A DNA stretch of 59,299 bases, taken from positions 1-59,299 of IMG/VR virus record IMGVR_UViG_3300046000_006837; one strand, 5' to 3'. Positions 17,147 through 26,517 of this stretch are shown one piece after another. Position 1 is the first letter of the stretch. Each line of letters opens with the position of its first letter. Source of the stretch: a virus. Lineage: Duplodnaviria > Caudoviricetes. The notes below the pieces were generated by a model, which saw nothing but the letters and a program-made list of their open reading frames with translations, did not search any database and had not been told where the DNA came from. The translations under genes were made by a program, and so were the position numbers.

Positions 17147-18154
17147 ATGAAAGTATTAATAACGGGTGTCGCAGGATTCATTGGCAGTCATCTAGCGCAT
17201 TCTATGTTAACCCAATGCCACAAAGTGATAGGTGTGGACTTCTTTGATGGAGGCGATACTCAGTTATTAAAAAAGATGAGGTTGGATGATATATGGAACA
17301 ATCGCCAGGATGGAAAAGGTATTGGCTGCTACGAATTGGACATAACAGAAAAGTGGAAGGTAGATTTTCTATTCTCCATACACAAGTTTGACATAGTAGT
17401 GAACTTAGCAGGACAGGCCGGAGTTAGAGCCAGCGTCAAGGATCCGGATCTATTTGCCCGATCAAACGTTCAAGGATTCTTAAACATTATAGAAGCATGT
17501 AAGAAATATGAAGTAAAGCATTTAGTGTATGCATCTAGTTCAAGTGTATATGGAATGGGTAGTAACATGGATATGGCATTTAGTACAGATGATAGAACAG
17601 ATGGGCCGGTATCCTTTTATGCAGCGACTAAGAAGATGAATGAATTGACGGCACATGTATATAGTCATTTGTTCAACATGCGTACTACAGGTCTTAGATT
17701 CTTTACAGTGTATGGTCCATGGGGTAGACCGGATATGATGGTTTATAAATTTACATATAACATCCATAATAACATTCCTATTGACATTTATAATCATGGA
17801 GAGATGTTTAGAGAATTTACTTACATTGATGATATTATTGATGGGATTAATATTGTGATTAAAAATGAAACGGATGTCAAGTACATGTTATATAATGTAG
17901 GGAGCAATGAGAGTATTAAGATTTTAGATTTCATTGATGTTCTGGAGGAGGAGATTGGAAAGAAGGCCCGCCGGAATTTAGAACGGATGCAAGATGGAGA
18001 CGTTTACTTCACTGCGTCCGACGTATCACCTCTAAGAAGATTGGGATACGAACCGAAAGTAAAATACAGAGAAGGGATCAGACGGTTTTTAAAATGGTAT
18101 GATTCAATAGACAATATAGAACACCGGACTATAATGGAACAGACCGGTGTGTAA
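17147..18154 (+). CDS. NAD-dependent nucleotide-sugar epimerase (UDP-glucuronate 4-epimerase-like)
   Basis: GVAGFIG Rossmann motif, ASSSSVYG, YAATK, RFFTVYGPWGRPDM. Confidence 0.9.
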   Translation: MKVLITGVAGFIGSHLAHSMLTQCHKVIGVDFFDGGDTQLLKKMRLDDIWNNRQDGKGIGCYELDITEKWKVDFLFSIHKFDIVVNLAGQAGVRASVKDPDLFARSNVQGFLNIIEACKKYEVKHLVYASSSSVYGMGSNMDMAFSTDDRTDGPVSFYAATKKMNELTAHVYSHLFNMRTTGLRFFTVYGPWGRPDMMVYKFTYNIHNNIPIDIYNHGEMFREFTYIDDIIDGINIVIKNETDVKYMLYNVGSNESIKILDFIDVLEEEIGKKARRNLERMQDGDVYFTASDVSPLRRLGYEPKVKYREGIRRFLKWYDSIDNIEHRTIMEQTGV

Positions 18155-18242
18155 GAGCAAAGTTTAAGTGGTGTATATAGAAGGTGGGCTCTGGCCTCCC
18201 CGGTTATCCTACCTTCCTTTTTAAAACAAACAAATCAATTAT

Positions 18243-18590
18243 ATGAGATCAATCCTTTCAACCTTTTTACTCTTAGGAGTGTTTTATTCTTATGGCCAAG
18301 AACCGATTAACTGTGTAATAAACAACACCGTTCTATTCGAAAGCCTATTGCCTGATCAAGATAAGTTCGAGTACGTTATCGTGGACCGAAGCACAGACCT
18401 AATAGACGGTATCAATCACATGCTAATGTTCGTGTTACCGCAAAGGAACAACCGGGTTGTATCTTTCCGGGGAGAAGAGCGAGAGGTCATCTACAACCCG
18501 AAGAAGAGACGGTACATCTTTGACGGGGGCACATACAAGACCTACCCGGATCTACTCTCGGCGGTAAAGTTCTTTTTATTAACCAATTAA
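18243..18590 (+). CDS. hypothetical secreted protein
   Basis: signal-peptide-like N-terminus. Confidence 0.7.
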   Translation: MRSILSTFLLLGVFYSYGQEPINCVINNTVLFESLLPDQDKFEYVIVDRSTDLIDGINHMLMFVLPQRNNRVVSFRGEEREVIYNPKKRRYIFDGGTYKTYPDLLSAVKFFLLTN

Positions 18591-18602
18591 AACATTTCTT
18601 AC

Positions 18603-19013
18603 ATGTCCAAAAAATTAAATACAACGGATCTTATACCATTAGATTCATTATCATTAGGAGAGCCATTAGATAATAAGATGGAAATATTCAATAACGTTAT
18701 TACATCTATTAAAACATTTCCAGATTCAAATTATCTATGTTGTGCTTACTTGCTTATAGAAGATCCGGAAGATGAAACAAATGTATTCTTCTTTCCATTG
18801 TTTGAAGATGATGATAAAAACATGCAGGCATTCTTATTGAAAACGGAAGATGATACAAAAGTATTTTTAGATTACATGAAGAAAGTATCTGAAAATGTAA
18901 AAGTTCCAAAGTTAAAAGAATTCATAGATGAGATAAATCATGAGATTAAAATAGATTCTGAAAGAGGAAAATATTATAAATCATGTAAAGGAATATTAAC
19001 CCTACCTGCATAA
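18603..19013 (+). CDS. hypothetical protein
   Basis: 136-aa ORF. Confidence 0.75.
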   Translation: MSKKLNTTDLIPLDSLSLGEPLDNKMEIFNNVITSIKTFPDSNYLCCAYLLIEDPEDETNVFFFPLFEDDDKNMQAFLLKTEDDTKVFLDYMKKVSENVKVPKLKEFIDEINHEIKIDSERGKYYKSCKGILTLPA

Positions 19014-19155
19014 ATTAATCGCCGGGCCTGGAAAATTGGCCCTGCGGAAAATTAAGGAACGGATTTGCATTAGAGCCCAAAAAAATATATGGAAAAAAAT
19101 ATTCGCCTGGGCTTGCATATATCAAAAGAATGTATTATCTTTGCAGCATATTAAA

Positions 19156-19509
19156 ATGATCAACATGGAGAATGAGAAAATAGAACGGCTGTTAAATAGA
19201 ACGGCAATCCTTATACAACAACGGAAAGAGTTAGAGGATAAAGAGAACGCACTTAAGAAAGAAGTACAGGAAGCATTAATAGAAGCAGATCTCTCAACGC
19301 TATCGACTTCAATGATATCGGTAATAAAAGTAACAAAGAAGTCCTTTACTTACTCTCCTGCAATTCAACTGCTGGAGAAAGAACTAAAGTTAAAGAAAAG
19401 CCAGGAAGAGATTTACGGCGCAGCAAAAGAAACGCTTAAGTCCCACTACATGTATACACTTAGTAAACAATTCGTAAAGGATGCTTATGACGACTTCGGA
19501 GATAATTAA
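19156..19509 (+). CDS. distant paralog of 1164..1463
   Basis: L...E..L..E..E.L, YS.....LEK.LK..K..E...G.A; promoter at 19113-19143. Confidence 0.7.
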   Translation: MINMENEKIERLLNRTAILIQQRKELEDKENALKKEVQEALIEADLSTLSTSMISVIKVTKKSFTYSPAIQLLEKELKLKKSQEEIYGAAKETLKSHYMYTLSKQFVKDAYDDFGDN

Positions 19510-19789
19510 AGAACGATTCACCGACGCACTTTCTATTAGGTTGAACGGTGTTAGATACTGCGGTAAACGACTACAAACCGACGGAGTTGAATTATATGTT
19601 TTAACCGGTGACTTTAATCCGGTTCATAAACAATACATGGAGTACATGGCAATGGTCCACTCTCCAACCGGTAACATAAACATAGTAAGCATGGAAGAGA
19701 ACGGTAAGTTATTTCCTTGGATTACTTTGAACATGGCAAAACAGATCACAGAATTTATAAACATTAATAAAAAGGGTGCAGCCCATTAA
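19481..19789 (+). CDS. hypothetical protein
   Basis: ORF overlapping previous stop. Confidence 0.7.
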   Translation: MLMTTSEIIKERFTDALSIRLNGVRYCGKRLQTDGVELYVLTGDFNPVHKQYMEYMAMVHSPTGNINIVSMEENGKLFPWITLNMAKQITEFININKKGAAH

Positions 19790-19798
19790 TAAACTAAC

Positions 19799-20200
19799 AT
19801 GGAACAACAGAAGAGTAAAAAGTTTGTAGGTAACGGCAGACTAATCACAACAAAAGATTCGACCGGCTTTGGTATGAGTATATGTATCACAGACCTATTC
19901 GAATTATGTATGAAGGATCCGGAAGTATCTCAATTCATTTATGTGTCAGAGAAGACCGGTAAGAAGTATCTACCACTTATCGCATGGCCATTAAAAGAAG
20001 TAAGAGAAGAAGACAAGTTCCGGACCCACGCCATTAGCATAGACACTTATAAGAAGGATGAAGCTAAAGGACAGACAACCTACGCGGCAAAACCGAAGGC
20101 CGCACCGAAAGAGAATAAGTTTGATGATGTGTTTGAGAATGCATTTCCAACAGCACAGGCATCAACTTCAACAATAACGGACGACGACTTACCGTTTTAA
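19799..20200 (+). CDS. probable single-stranded DNA-binding protein
   Basis: beta-rich N-terminus, flexible linker, acidic DDDLPF tail typical of SSBs. Confidence 0.55.
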   Translation: MEQQKSKKFVGNGRLITTKDSTGFGMSICITDLFELCMKDPEVSQFIYVSEKTGKKYLPLIAWPLKEVREEDKFRTHAISIDTYKKDEAKGQTTYAAKPKAAPKENKFDDVFENAFPTAQASTSTITDDDLPF

Positions 20201-20242
20201 TTTCACATGTTTTAATTTTCACATAACCATAATCTTTTTAAA

Positions 20243-20428
20243 ATGTTATCAACAACCGTTTTAATTTCGCTATCAGTTATTGCCGTTATCTTTATGATCA
20301 TGGGTTTAGTAATCCTATCCGACAGATCTAAAGTTGATTCTCCATGGGAAAAGAAAGTACCAGGAGCGTTACTAGTGTTCTCCGGATTAGCCCTATCCCT
20401 AGCATGTGTCATAGACGTACTTGGTTAA
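20243..20428 (+). CDS. small membrane protein
   Basis: two hydrophobic segments. Confidence 0.6.
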   Translation: MLSTTVLISLSVIAVIFMIMGLVILSDRSKVDSPWEKKVPGALLVFSGLALSLACVIDVLG

Positions 20429-20442
20429 TGGTTGCATGTGAG

Positions 20443-20474
20443 AAGGGGGCTGGTGAAAGCCGGCCCCCTTTCTT
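20443..20474 (+). terminator. intrinsic terminator
   Basis: AAGGGGGCTGG/CCGGCCCCCTT then TCTT. Confidence 0.85.
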
Positions 20475-20480
20475 TATGTT

Positions 20481-20722
20481 TCTATCTCCCTGGTCACAAA
20501 AAGATCAACAAAAAATGTAAATGATTGATTGTCAATGGTATTTCAATTTCAAACATGTCAATTAGATCAAAAAGATGCATTTTATTCTATCTCCCTGGCC
20601 ACAAAAAGATCAAAAAAAACATAAAACGTTGACAATCAATGCTATTTTTTAACAACAATTCTTAAAAATGCACAGTAAAATGTCTAAAAAATGCACAAAA
20701 TGTCTAAAAATGTCTAAAAATT
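20481..20722. repeat. cluster of direct, inverted and tandem repeats (candidate origin)
   Basis: TCTATCTCCCTGGYCACAAAAAGATCAA x2; ATTGATTGTCAA/TTGACAATCAAT; AAAATGTCTAAAAA x3. Confidence 0.7.
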
Positions 20723-20729
20723 AATCAAA

Positions 20730-21092
20730 ATGGATAAAAAACCTAAGAAAAAGCTAGTATGGACCTCTACATTTGGTGGTTGTAGAGCTTATGAACATAC
20801 AATAATTTGGCATGATGTAAAGTCGGAAGTACCGGAAGATGCTGCAAGAAGTTACGATCTAGACATGAATGTAGATGGTTGTAAGTTATTGTTGTTAGTT
20901 GAGGTAAAAGAAGAAGGCGAAACATATCTTGAGCTAGAACAAGGATGGTATGATGCTAAGATAGATAGAAATAACATAGTAGTAGATAAAGACGTGGACG
21001 GAAGAATTATCGCCTACGCTTTTGAACAGGCCCTCGAACCGATAAGAGTATTTAATAGAACAGAAGAATATCAAACAAATGGAAGAAAATAA
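20730..21092 (+). CDS. hypothetical protein
   Basis: 120-aa ORF. Confidence 0.7.
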   Translation: MDKKPKKKLVWTSTFGGCRAYEHTIIWHDVKSEVPEDAARSYDLDMNVDGCKLLLLVEVKEEGETYLELEQGWYDAKIDRNNIVVDKDVDGRIIAYAFEQALEPIRVFNRTEEYQTNGRK

Positions 21093-21641
21093 CGAACATT
21101 GGATATCTAAACTAACGGACAGACAGGTATACATCATATCTTTCATCCTAATAGTCACTCCAACACTCTTATATTATGGATTTAAATATGTGTTTAACAT
21201 GCTTTCCCATTAGACATCATAGAATCCATTTTAAGGCATGTAGCGTTCATTCTGCTGCATCTTCTCATGGTGGGTGGAACTACACGAAGGGTTCCACCCA
21301 AAGTTCATTAGGAGCCAACTGTGTGCGAAAAAAAGGCATTCGATGAAAAAATTCGCCTGATACCCAAGGCCTTATCCACATATTAACCCAGATGCACTAC
21401 AATTTAACTTACCACATAGAACGTATTTTTTGCTGCTCCTTTCCCGATACTTGCACGTCATTTCCAGTACTACTCTTACACGTTATTGATTTACTCATCC
21501 TATTTTTATCATTTTCTTTCATTTATCATCTATCTTTTCATGTTACAGTCATGTTCATTAGGATTACATTTATTATTCTTTATGTTCTTGATATGTTTTA
21601 TAGATGACTTTATTTGATGTTATATGGATGATGTATGGAAG

Positions 21642-21672
21642 ACATGATACCGTACATGATACCGTACATGAT
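21642..21672. repeat. 12-bp tandem repeat
   Basis: ACATGATACCGT x2.6. Confidence 0.85.
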
Positions 21673-21838
21673 GTTAGAATGTTATAGATGATTTTATTGA
21701 TTTTATTTTATGTTTTATTTGGATATTATTATTTTATGTTGTATCTTTGTGTTCATGTTATTGATGTATATTAATGTTATTATTTAATTAATTGCTGGGA
21801 TTGTATATTATGTAGTGTCCCCGCGCAAAAACTGTTTT

Positions 21839-22075
21839 ATGGATTATAATTTTAGAGTATTGGCTCACCTAATTGGAAGGACTGTAGTGTTCCAAATTCA
21901 TGATGTATATTATAATGATGAGGATGGAAGTCCGGAAGGTTATAATATGGAATCTGCTAAATTGAAGACAAGGGATGTAAAAGATTTTAGACTCATGTTG
22001 GAAAAGATGTATGAATGTTTGGACAAGCCTATTTTGTGGAGTGGTGATAGATTTCCGGAAGAGTTTAATGATTGA
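21839..22075 (+). CDS. hypothetical phage protein
   Basis: NFRV...IHDVYY...G.P; promoter at 21718-21749. Confidence 0.7.
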   Translation: MDYNFRVLAHLIGRTVVFQIHDVYYNDEDGSPEGYNMESAKLKTRDVKDFRLMLEKMYECLDKPILWSGDRFPEEFND

Positions 22076-22433
22076 CTTGAATAATCTGGAAAGGAAATTA
22101 GATGAAGCATTGAGTAAAGAGACCAAAGAAACATTGACTGATTTTGTAAACATGAAAAGAAACAAAATGAAAATCAATAAAGGCAAGAGAACAAAGCAAA
22201 CAGGGATTGAATATTTGAGAGACATTTATAAGCATGATTACAGATGTCCGGTAAAATTTGACACCGCCGAAAAAATGCAACTTGAAATCATGGATGAGTT
22301 TTCTGAATGGCTTGCGAAGGAGGAGTATATTTTAGGTCACTTAAGCAGTACTTGGCGAAAGCGTGTAAAGGATCCTCCAATATCAATGTCGGTACTTTAC
22401 CAAATGTTTTTAGACAACGAAAAAACAAAGTAA
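22068..22433 (+). CDS. hypothetical protein
   Basis: ATG overlapping previous gene end. Confidence 0.6.
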   Translation: MIDLNNLERKLDEALSKETKETLTDFVNMKRNKMKINKGKRTKQTGIEYLRDIYKHDYRCPVKFDTAEKMQLEIMDEFSEWLAKEEYILGHLSSTWRKRVKDPPISMSVLYQMFLDNEKTK

Positions 22434-22435
22434 AT

Positions 22436-22648
22436 ATGGAAACAAAACCAAATGAACCAATCATTACGTTAGAATATAATAATGATTACACATCCATGGG
22501 CTTAACCAAACGTGAATACTTTGCAGCAATGGCAATGAAAGGAATAATCACTAACAAGGATGGACTTGATATTAAAATTGAGCGTATAGCTGAAAGTGCT
22601 GTAGATATGGCAGATGCACTTATTGAGGAATTAAATAAAAAAAGATAA
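22436..22648 (+). CDS. conserved small phage protein
   Basis: GLTKREYFAAMAM...AV.MADAL motif common in phages. Confidence 0.75.
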   Translation: METKPNEPIITLEYNNDYTSMGLTKREYFAAMAMKGIITNKDGLDIKIERIAESAVDMADALIEELNKKR

Positions 22649-22649
22649 A

Positions 22650-22844
22650 ATGATAGAAAATATTAAAGCACGTCTCTTTGCAAAAAGATTCAATATTTGG
22701 AAAGAAGAAATAGATGCTAACGATAAAGAAGGTTATTTTATTTACAATAAACAAATCTATTTTGGAAATAGGTTTTTTGTATTTATTAAATCAAATCAAA
22801 TACTATTTCGTTTAGAAGTTAAAGAAGAGAACAAAACAAAATAA
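22650..22844 (+). CDS. hypothetical protein
   Basis: tightly packed ORF. Confidence 0.55.
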   Translation: MIENIKARLFAKRFNIWKEEIDANDKEGYFIYNKQIYFGNRFFVFIKSNQILFRLEVKEENKTK

Positions 22845-22847
22845 CAA

Positions 22848-23051
22848 ATGGAAAACAAAGAAGAAGAATCGTCGTTAAAGTATTACGATAGTAAAGTATC
22901 GCTTTTTATCATTCACAATAGAAGCACTGATGCAGGTTTTTTATTTGATGCTTTTGAAGAAGCTAAGAAAATGTATGAAATAGAAATTGCTAAAGCCTAC
23001 GAAAAAGGATATCGAGATGCAATAAAATTTTACAACCAATTTGAAAAATGA
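22848..23051 (+). CDS. hypothetical protein
   Basis: EAK.M...I..AY..G motif. Confidence 0.65.
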   Translation: MENKEEESSLKYYDSKVSLFIIHNRSTDAGFLFDAFEEAKKMYEIEIAKAYEKGYRDAIKFYNQFEK

Positions 23052-23560
23052 TTATGGCAGAGCAAGAAGAGAAAACAGTAGTAGAGTTATTGTTTTTGGA
23101 ATTTAAAACATTAGCAACTAACATGAGATTTGCAGGTGATGAATCCGGAGCTGGCTTAATAGATTTTTTATGCGAACGTGAAGTAGATGCTTTGAGAGAA
23201 GAGCAAGAACAACTTCAAGAAGCATACGAAGAAGGTTATGGGGATGCTCTAAATGCTGTAGATTCTATAATTAATAAAGTAAAGGAAATTTCTCTACCCG
23301 AAGTAAAAAAAATTATTGGTGAGGTGGATATGGAGGAGTTGGAACTTAAATACCACAAAAAACTTATGGAACGTAGAGAAATTGCTAAAAACTTTCGTGG
23401 TCAAGTTGCCGGTAATCATCCAGATATGTTTACTAGTCGAGAAATGTTAAGTATGATGGAAGGTTTTACAGATGGCTACACCCAGGCTCTTGAAGATACT
23501 AAGAATAAAAAGACTCATTGGGAAGTAGAATTTATTGATGGTGAATTAAAACTTATATAA
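23048..23560 (+). CDS. hypothetical protein
   Basis: 170-aa ORF, ATGA overlap. Confidence 0.75.
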   Translation: MIMAEQEEKTVVELLFLEFKTLATNMRFAGDESGAGLIDFLCEREVDALREEQEQLQEAYEEGYGDALNAVDSIINKVKEISLPEVKKIIGEVDMEELELKYHKKLMERREIAKNFRGQVAGNHPDMFTSREMLSMMEGFTDGYTQALEDTKNKKTHWEVEFIDGELKLI

Positions 23561-24069
23561 TGAAAAACCCAAAAGAAGAAAAATGTACTTGTAAAGAACA
23601 CGACCCTTATTGTTGTCAAATTCATGGTAATTGTCCTACTTGTGTAAAAAAAGAAGAACCTAAACAAGAAAATTGTTGCACTCCTCTAGGACAGATAAAA
23701 AGATATGAAGATTGTTATGGTTGTGATAGAAAACCTAAACAAGAAAAACTCACTTACACAGAATCAGCAAAGAAAGAGGAAAGAATATCTAATTCTATTA
23801 TGATGAAACGTAAACAAGAAACACTTGAAGAAGCTGCTGAAAAATTTTGGCTCAATGATGATTCTATGACTGATTATGTACAACGAGCTTATATAACTGG
23901 TTTTATTCAAGGTGCTAAATGGCAACAAGAAAAAATGTATAGTGAGGAAGATTTGATTAGTTTTGCACATTTTTATTTTAGAGAAGAATTTAATTCAACA
24001 ATGCAAAACTCTGATAAACCAATAGATGAAATTTTACAAGAGTGGTTTAACCAATTTAAAAAGAAATAA
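23560..24069 (+). CDS. family A paralog (ETxEEAAE...GAKWQ) with Cys-rich N-terminus
   Basis: motif shared with next two genes. Confidence 0.8.
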   Translation: MKNPKEEKCTCKEHDPYCCQIHGNCPTCVKKEEPKQENCCTPLGQIKRYEDCYGCDRKPKQEKLTYTESAKKEERISNSIMMKRKQETLEEAAEKFWLNDDSMTDYVQRAYITGFIQGAKWQQEKMYSEEDLISFAHFYFREEFNSTMQNSDKPIDEILQEWFNQFKKK

Positions 24070-24070
24070 G

Positions 24071-24391
24071 ATGAACTATATTGCTAGAGGTTGTATGTAT
24101 TGCGAAGGTATTTGTAACAAAGAATGTCTTCCTAAAAAAGAAACAGTTGATGAGGCGGCCGAAAAACAATATCCCACAATTCACGAGCAGTATCAATATG
24201 ATGCTTTTATAGAAGGTGCTAAATGGCAAATGGATAAACAAAGTGATTTTATTATAGGGTTTTTAGAGTTTATAGAAGGAACTTATTCTTATAGTAACAT
24301 ATATGACCATTGGTATTTACACGCAAACACTTCTAAAACTTATAGCAAAAAACAACTATTAGAAGTTTACTTAAAAAGAAATAAACTATGA
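24071..24391 (+). CDS. family A paralog
   Basis: KETVDEAAE...FIEGAKWQ. Confidence 0.8.
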   Translation: MNYIARGCMYCEGICNKECLPKKETVDEAAEKQYPTIHEQYQYDAFIEGAKWQMDKQSDFIIGFLEFIEGTYSYSNIYDHWYLHANTSKTYSKKQLLEVYLKRNKL

Positions 24392-24648
24392 AAAAAGAAA
24401 CAGTTGAAGAAGCTGCCGAAAGAATTTACCCAACTCCCAACCCTTACATTATGGGTATAGACCTAGGTAACTCAATGAGAAGAGAAGCATTTAAAGAAGG
24501 TGCTAAATGGCAACAAGAAAGAATGTATAGTGAAGATGATATGAAAGAGTGTTGGAATGCTTCTTATGTAGATGCTATGTCATTCGATGAAATAACTTAC
24601 AAACCATTATTCTTTGAAGATTTTATGGAACAACTTAAAAAGAAATAA
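24388..24648 (+). CDS. family A paralog
   Basis: KETVEEAAE...FKEGAKWQQERMYSE. Confidence 0.8.
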   Translation: MKKETVEEAAERIYPTPNPYIMGIDLGNSMRREAFKEGAKWQQERMYSEDDMKECWNASYVDAMSFDEITYKPLFFEDFMEQLKKK

Positions 24649-24651
24649 ACT

Positions 24652-24984
24652 ATGGAAAAAGAATTTGTAAGTTACGAAATAGCATTAGAACTTAAGGAAT
24701 TAGGTTTTGATGAAGAATGTTTTAAATATTATACAAACACGGGAGAATTATATCTTAGTAACCTTTATGGAATACACGCTCCAACATATTCCCAAGCATT
24801 TAGATTTTTTAGAGAGAAATACAAATTACCTTCTTGGGTATATACTAGCGATAATGAAAAATTTTACTACGGCATTCTCAGAGATACACGTTTCCTTATC
24901 GATGGTAATAAACCTTATGAGACATACGAAGAAGCGGAGTGGGCGTGTTTACTAAAATTAATTGAAGTAGTTAAAAAAAAATGA
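24652..24984 (+). CDS. family B paralog (LGFDE.C...SQAFRFFREKY...ACLxKLIE)
   Basis: motif shared with next two genes. Confidence 0.85.
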   Translation: MEKEFVSYEIALELKELGFDEECFKYYTNTGELYLSNLYGIHAPTYSQAFRFFREKYKLPSWVYTSDNEKFYYGILRDTRFLIDGNKPYETYEEAEWACLLKLIEVVKKK

Positions 24985-24985
24985 T

Positions 24986-25420
24986 ATGATTATGAGTTCT
25001 AAAGATATTATTATTTATGAATTCGCTATAAAAATTAAAAACCTTGGATTTGATGAGCCTTGTATTGGTAATTACAGAAAAGTTCAAGTAACAGATGCTA
25101 AAACGGGAGACTCTTCCGAATCTACCGTATATTTGGATATGATGACTTTTACTATGAATTTTAATGAGAATAATAAAGATACAGATGCTTCGGCTCTCAC
25201 ATTTTCTCAAGCATTTAGATTTTTTAGAGAGAAATATGATCTTTTTGGATGTATTGATTTACATGTGAGTACACCTCTTCATTGGTATGTAAGAATTGAT
25301 AAAATTTCTATTAATGATTATGTTTACCATTCAGAAGATGATTCTAAATATTATGCTAATTACGAGGATGCCGAGTTAGCATGTTTAATGAAATTAATTG
25401 AAATTGTTGAAAATATATAA
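24986..25420 (+). CDS. family B paralog
   Basis: shared motifs. Confidence 0.85.
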   Translation: MIMSSKDIIIYEFAIKIKNLGFDEPCIGNYRKVQVTDAKTGDSSESTVYLDMMTFTMNFNENNKDTDASALTFSQAFRFFREKYDLFGCIDLHVSTPLHWYVRIDKISINDYVYHSEDDSKYYANYEDAELACLMKLIEIVENI

Positions 25421-25422
25421 TT

Positions 25423-25824
25423 ATGATGAAGGAACTTATTTCTTATAATGATTCTTTAATGCTTAGAGAATTAGGATTTGATGAGGCATGTTTTGCTTGG
25501 TATAGTAATGGTCAATTAATACTTGAACATCATATCATATTTACTGGAGATCAATATTACATGAGAAAAGAGGATTGTAATGCCCCCACATTTTCTCAAG
25601 CATTTAGATTTTTTAGGGAGAAGTATCAATGGCAATCATACATAGAACCAACTTCTGATCAACATAGTCGAGAACTTGGATACAACTATTGTCTTTGGAA
25701 TTATAAAACAGGTGAGGAATATAATACAATGCCTCAAAATTGCCCCTCCGGAGATTGGGAGTTTGAAAAGTATGAAGATGCAGAATTGGCATGTTTGATT
25801 AAATTAATTGAAATAAACTCATGA
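25423..25824 (+). CDS. family B paralog
   Basis: shared motifs. Confidence 0.85.
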   Translation: MMKELISYNDSLMLRELGFDEACFAWYSNGQLILEHHIIFTGDQYYMRKEDCNAPTFSQAFRFFREKYQWQSYIEPTSDQHSRELGYNYCLWNYKTGEEYNTMPQNCPSGDWEFEKYEDAELACLIKLIEINS

Positions 25825-26042
25825 TACTAACACCAAGACAAAAAGCGTATGAGCTTCACACTTTCTATCGAAAGGTCATCTGGGATATTGGAGGTGAACT
25901 GGCGAGGACAATCCCTGTTTCAGAACGTGCAAAGGAATGCGCCTTGTTTACGGCAAATCAATGTCAAAAAGAATTGGAAGAGATTGGCCATTATAATTAT
26001 TTTTATTGGGAAGAAGTTAAAGAAGAAATAGAGAAATTATGA
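25821..26042 (+). CDS. family C paralog (P.EKA.EL...AK.CAL...EVK.EIEKL)
   Basis: motif shared with next three genes. Confidence 0.8.
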   Translation: MILTPRQKAYELHTFYRKVIWDIGGELARTIPVSERAKECALFTANQCQKELEEIGHYNYFYWEEVKEEIEKL

Positions 26043-26284
26043 CACCAAAAGAAGAAGCAAAAGAATTAGTTGATACATTCTATCAAACAACGCCTAATGA
26101 GACTTGGATTGATGAGCCTTTAGGAGAATTTATGGAAACCTATACAGCTTGGGGGCAGGCTAAACAATGTGCTTTGATTGCAGTTGATAAGATATTGTTT
26201 GTACTTGAATTTAATCTTGATTTTAAAATGGAAAGGTCTATTGGATATTATTTAGAAGTTAAACAAGAAATAGAGAAATTATGA
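26039..26284 (+). CDS. family C paralog
   Basis: shared motifs. Confidence 0.85.
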   Translation: MTPKEEAKELVDTFYQTTPNETWIDEPLGEFMETYTAWGQAKQCALIAVDKILFVLEFNLDFKMERSIGYYLEVKQEIEKL

Positions 26285-26517
26285 GATTATCACCTAAAGA
26301 AAAAGCAGAAGAATTAGTATTGAGGTATCTAAGAATTGATAATAATACTAAAGAATGGTTTAATTCGTATATAGCTAAACAATGTGCATTGATTGCGGTT
26401 GATGAAATACTACAAATTTTTAATAACGAATGGACAAAATTAGATTTTTGGACAGAAGAAATAAACGGAACAATTAATTTTTGGCAAGAAGTTAAAAAAG
26501 AAATAGAGAAATTATGA
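26281..26517 (+). CDS. family C paralog
   Basis: shared motifs. Confidence 0.85.
   Translation: MRLSPKEKAEELVLRYLRIDNNTKEWFNSYIAKQCALIAVDEILQIFNNEWTKLDFWTEEINGTINFWQEVKKEIEKL

Noticed and set aside
21392-21607. 71-aa hydrophobic ORF in the low-coding gap
   Set aside because: It arises from a T-rich low-complexity tract, lacks the A-rich leader and has atypical composition; not supported as a gene.
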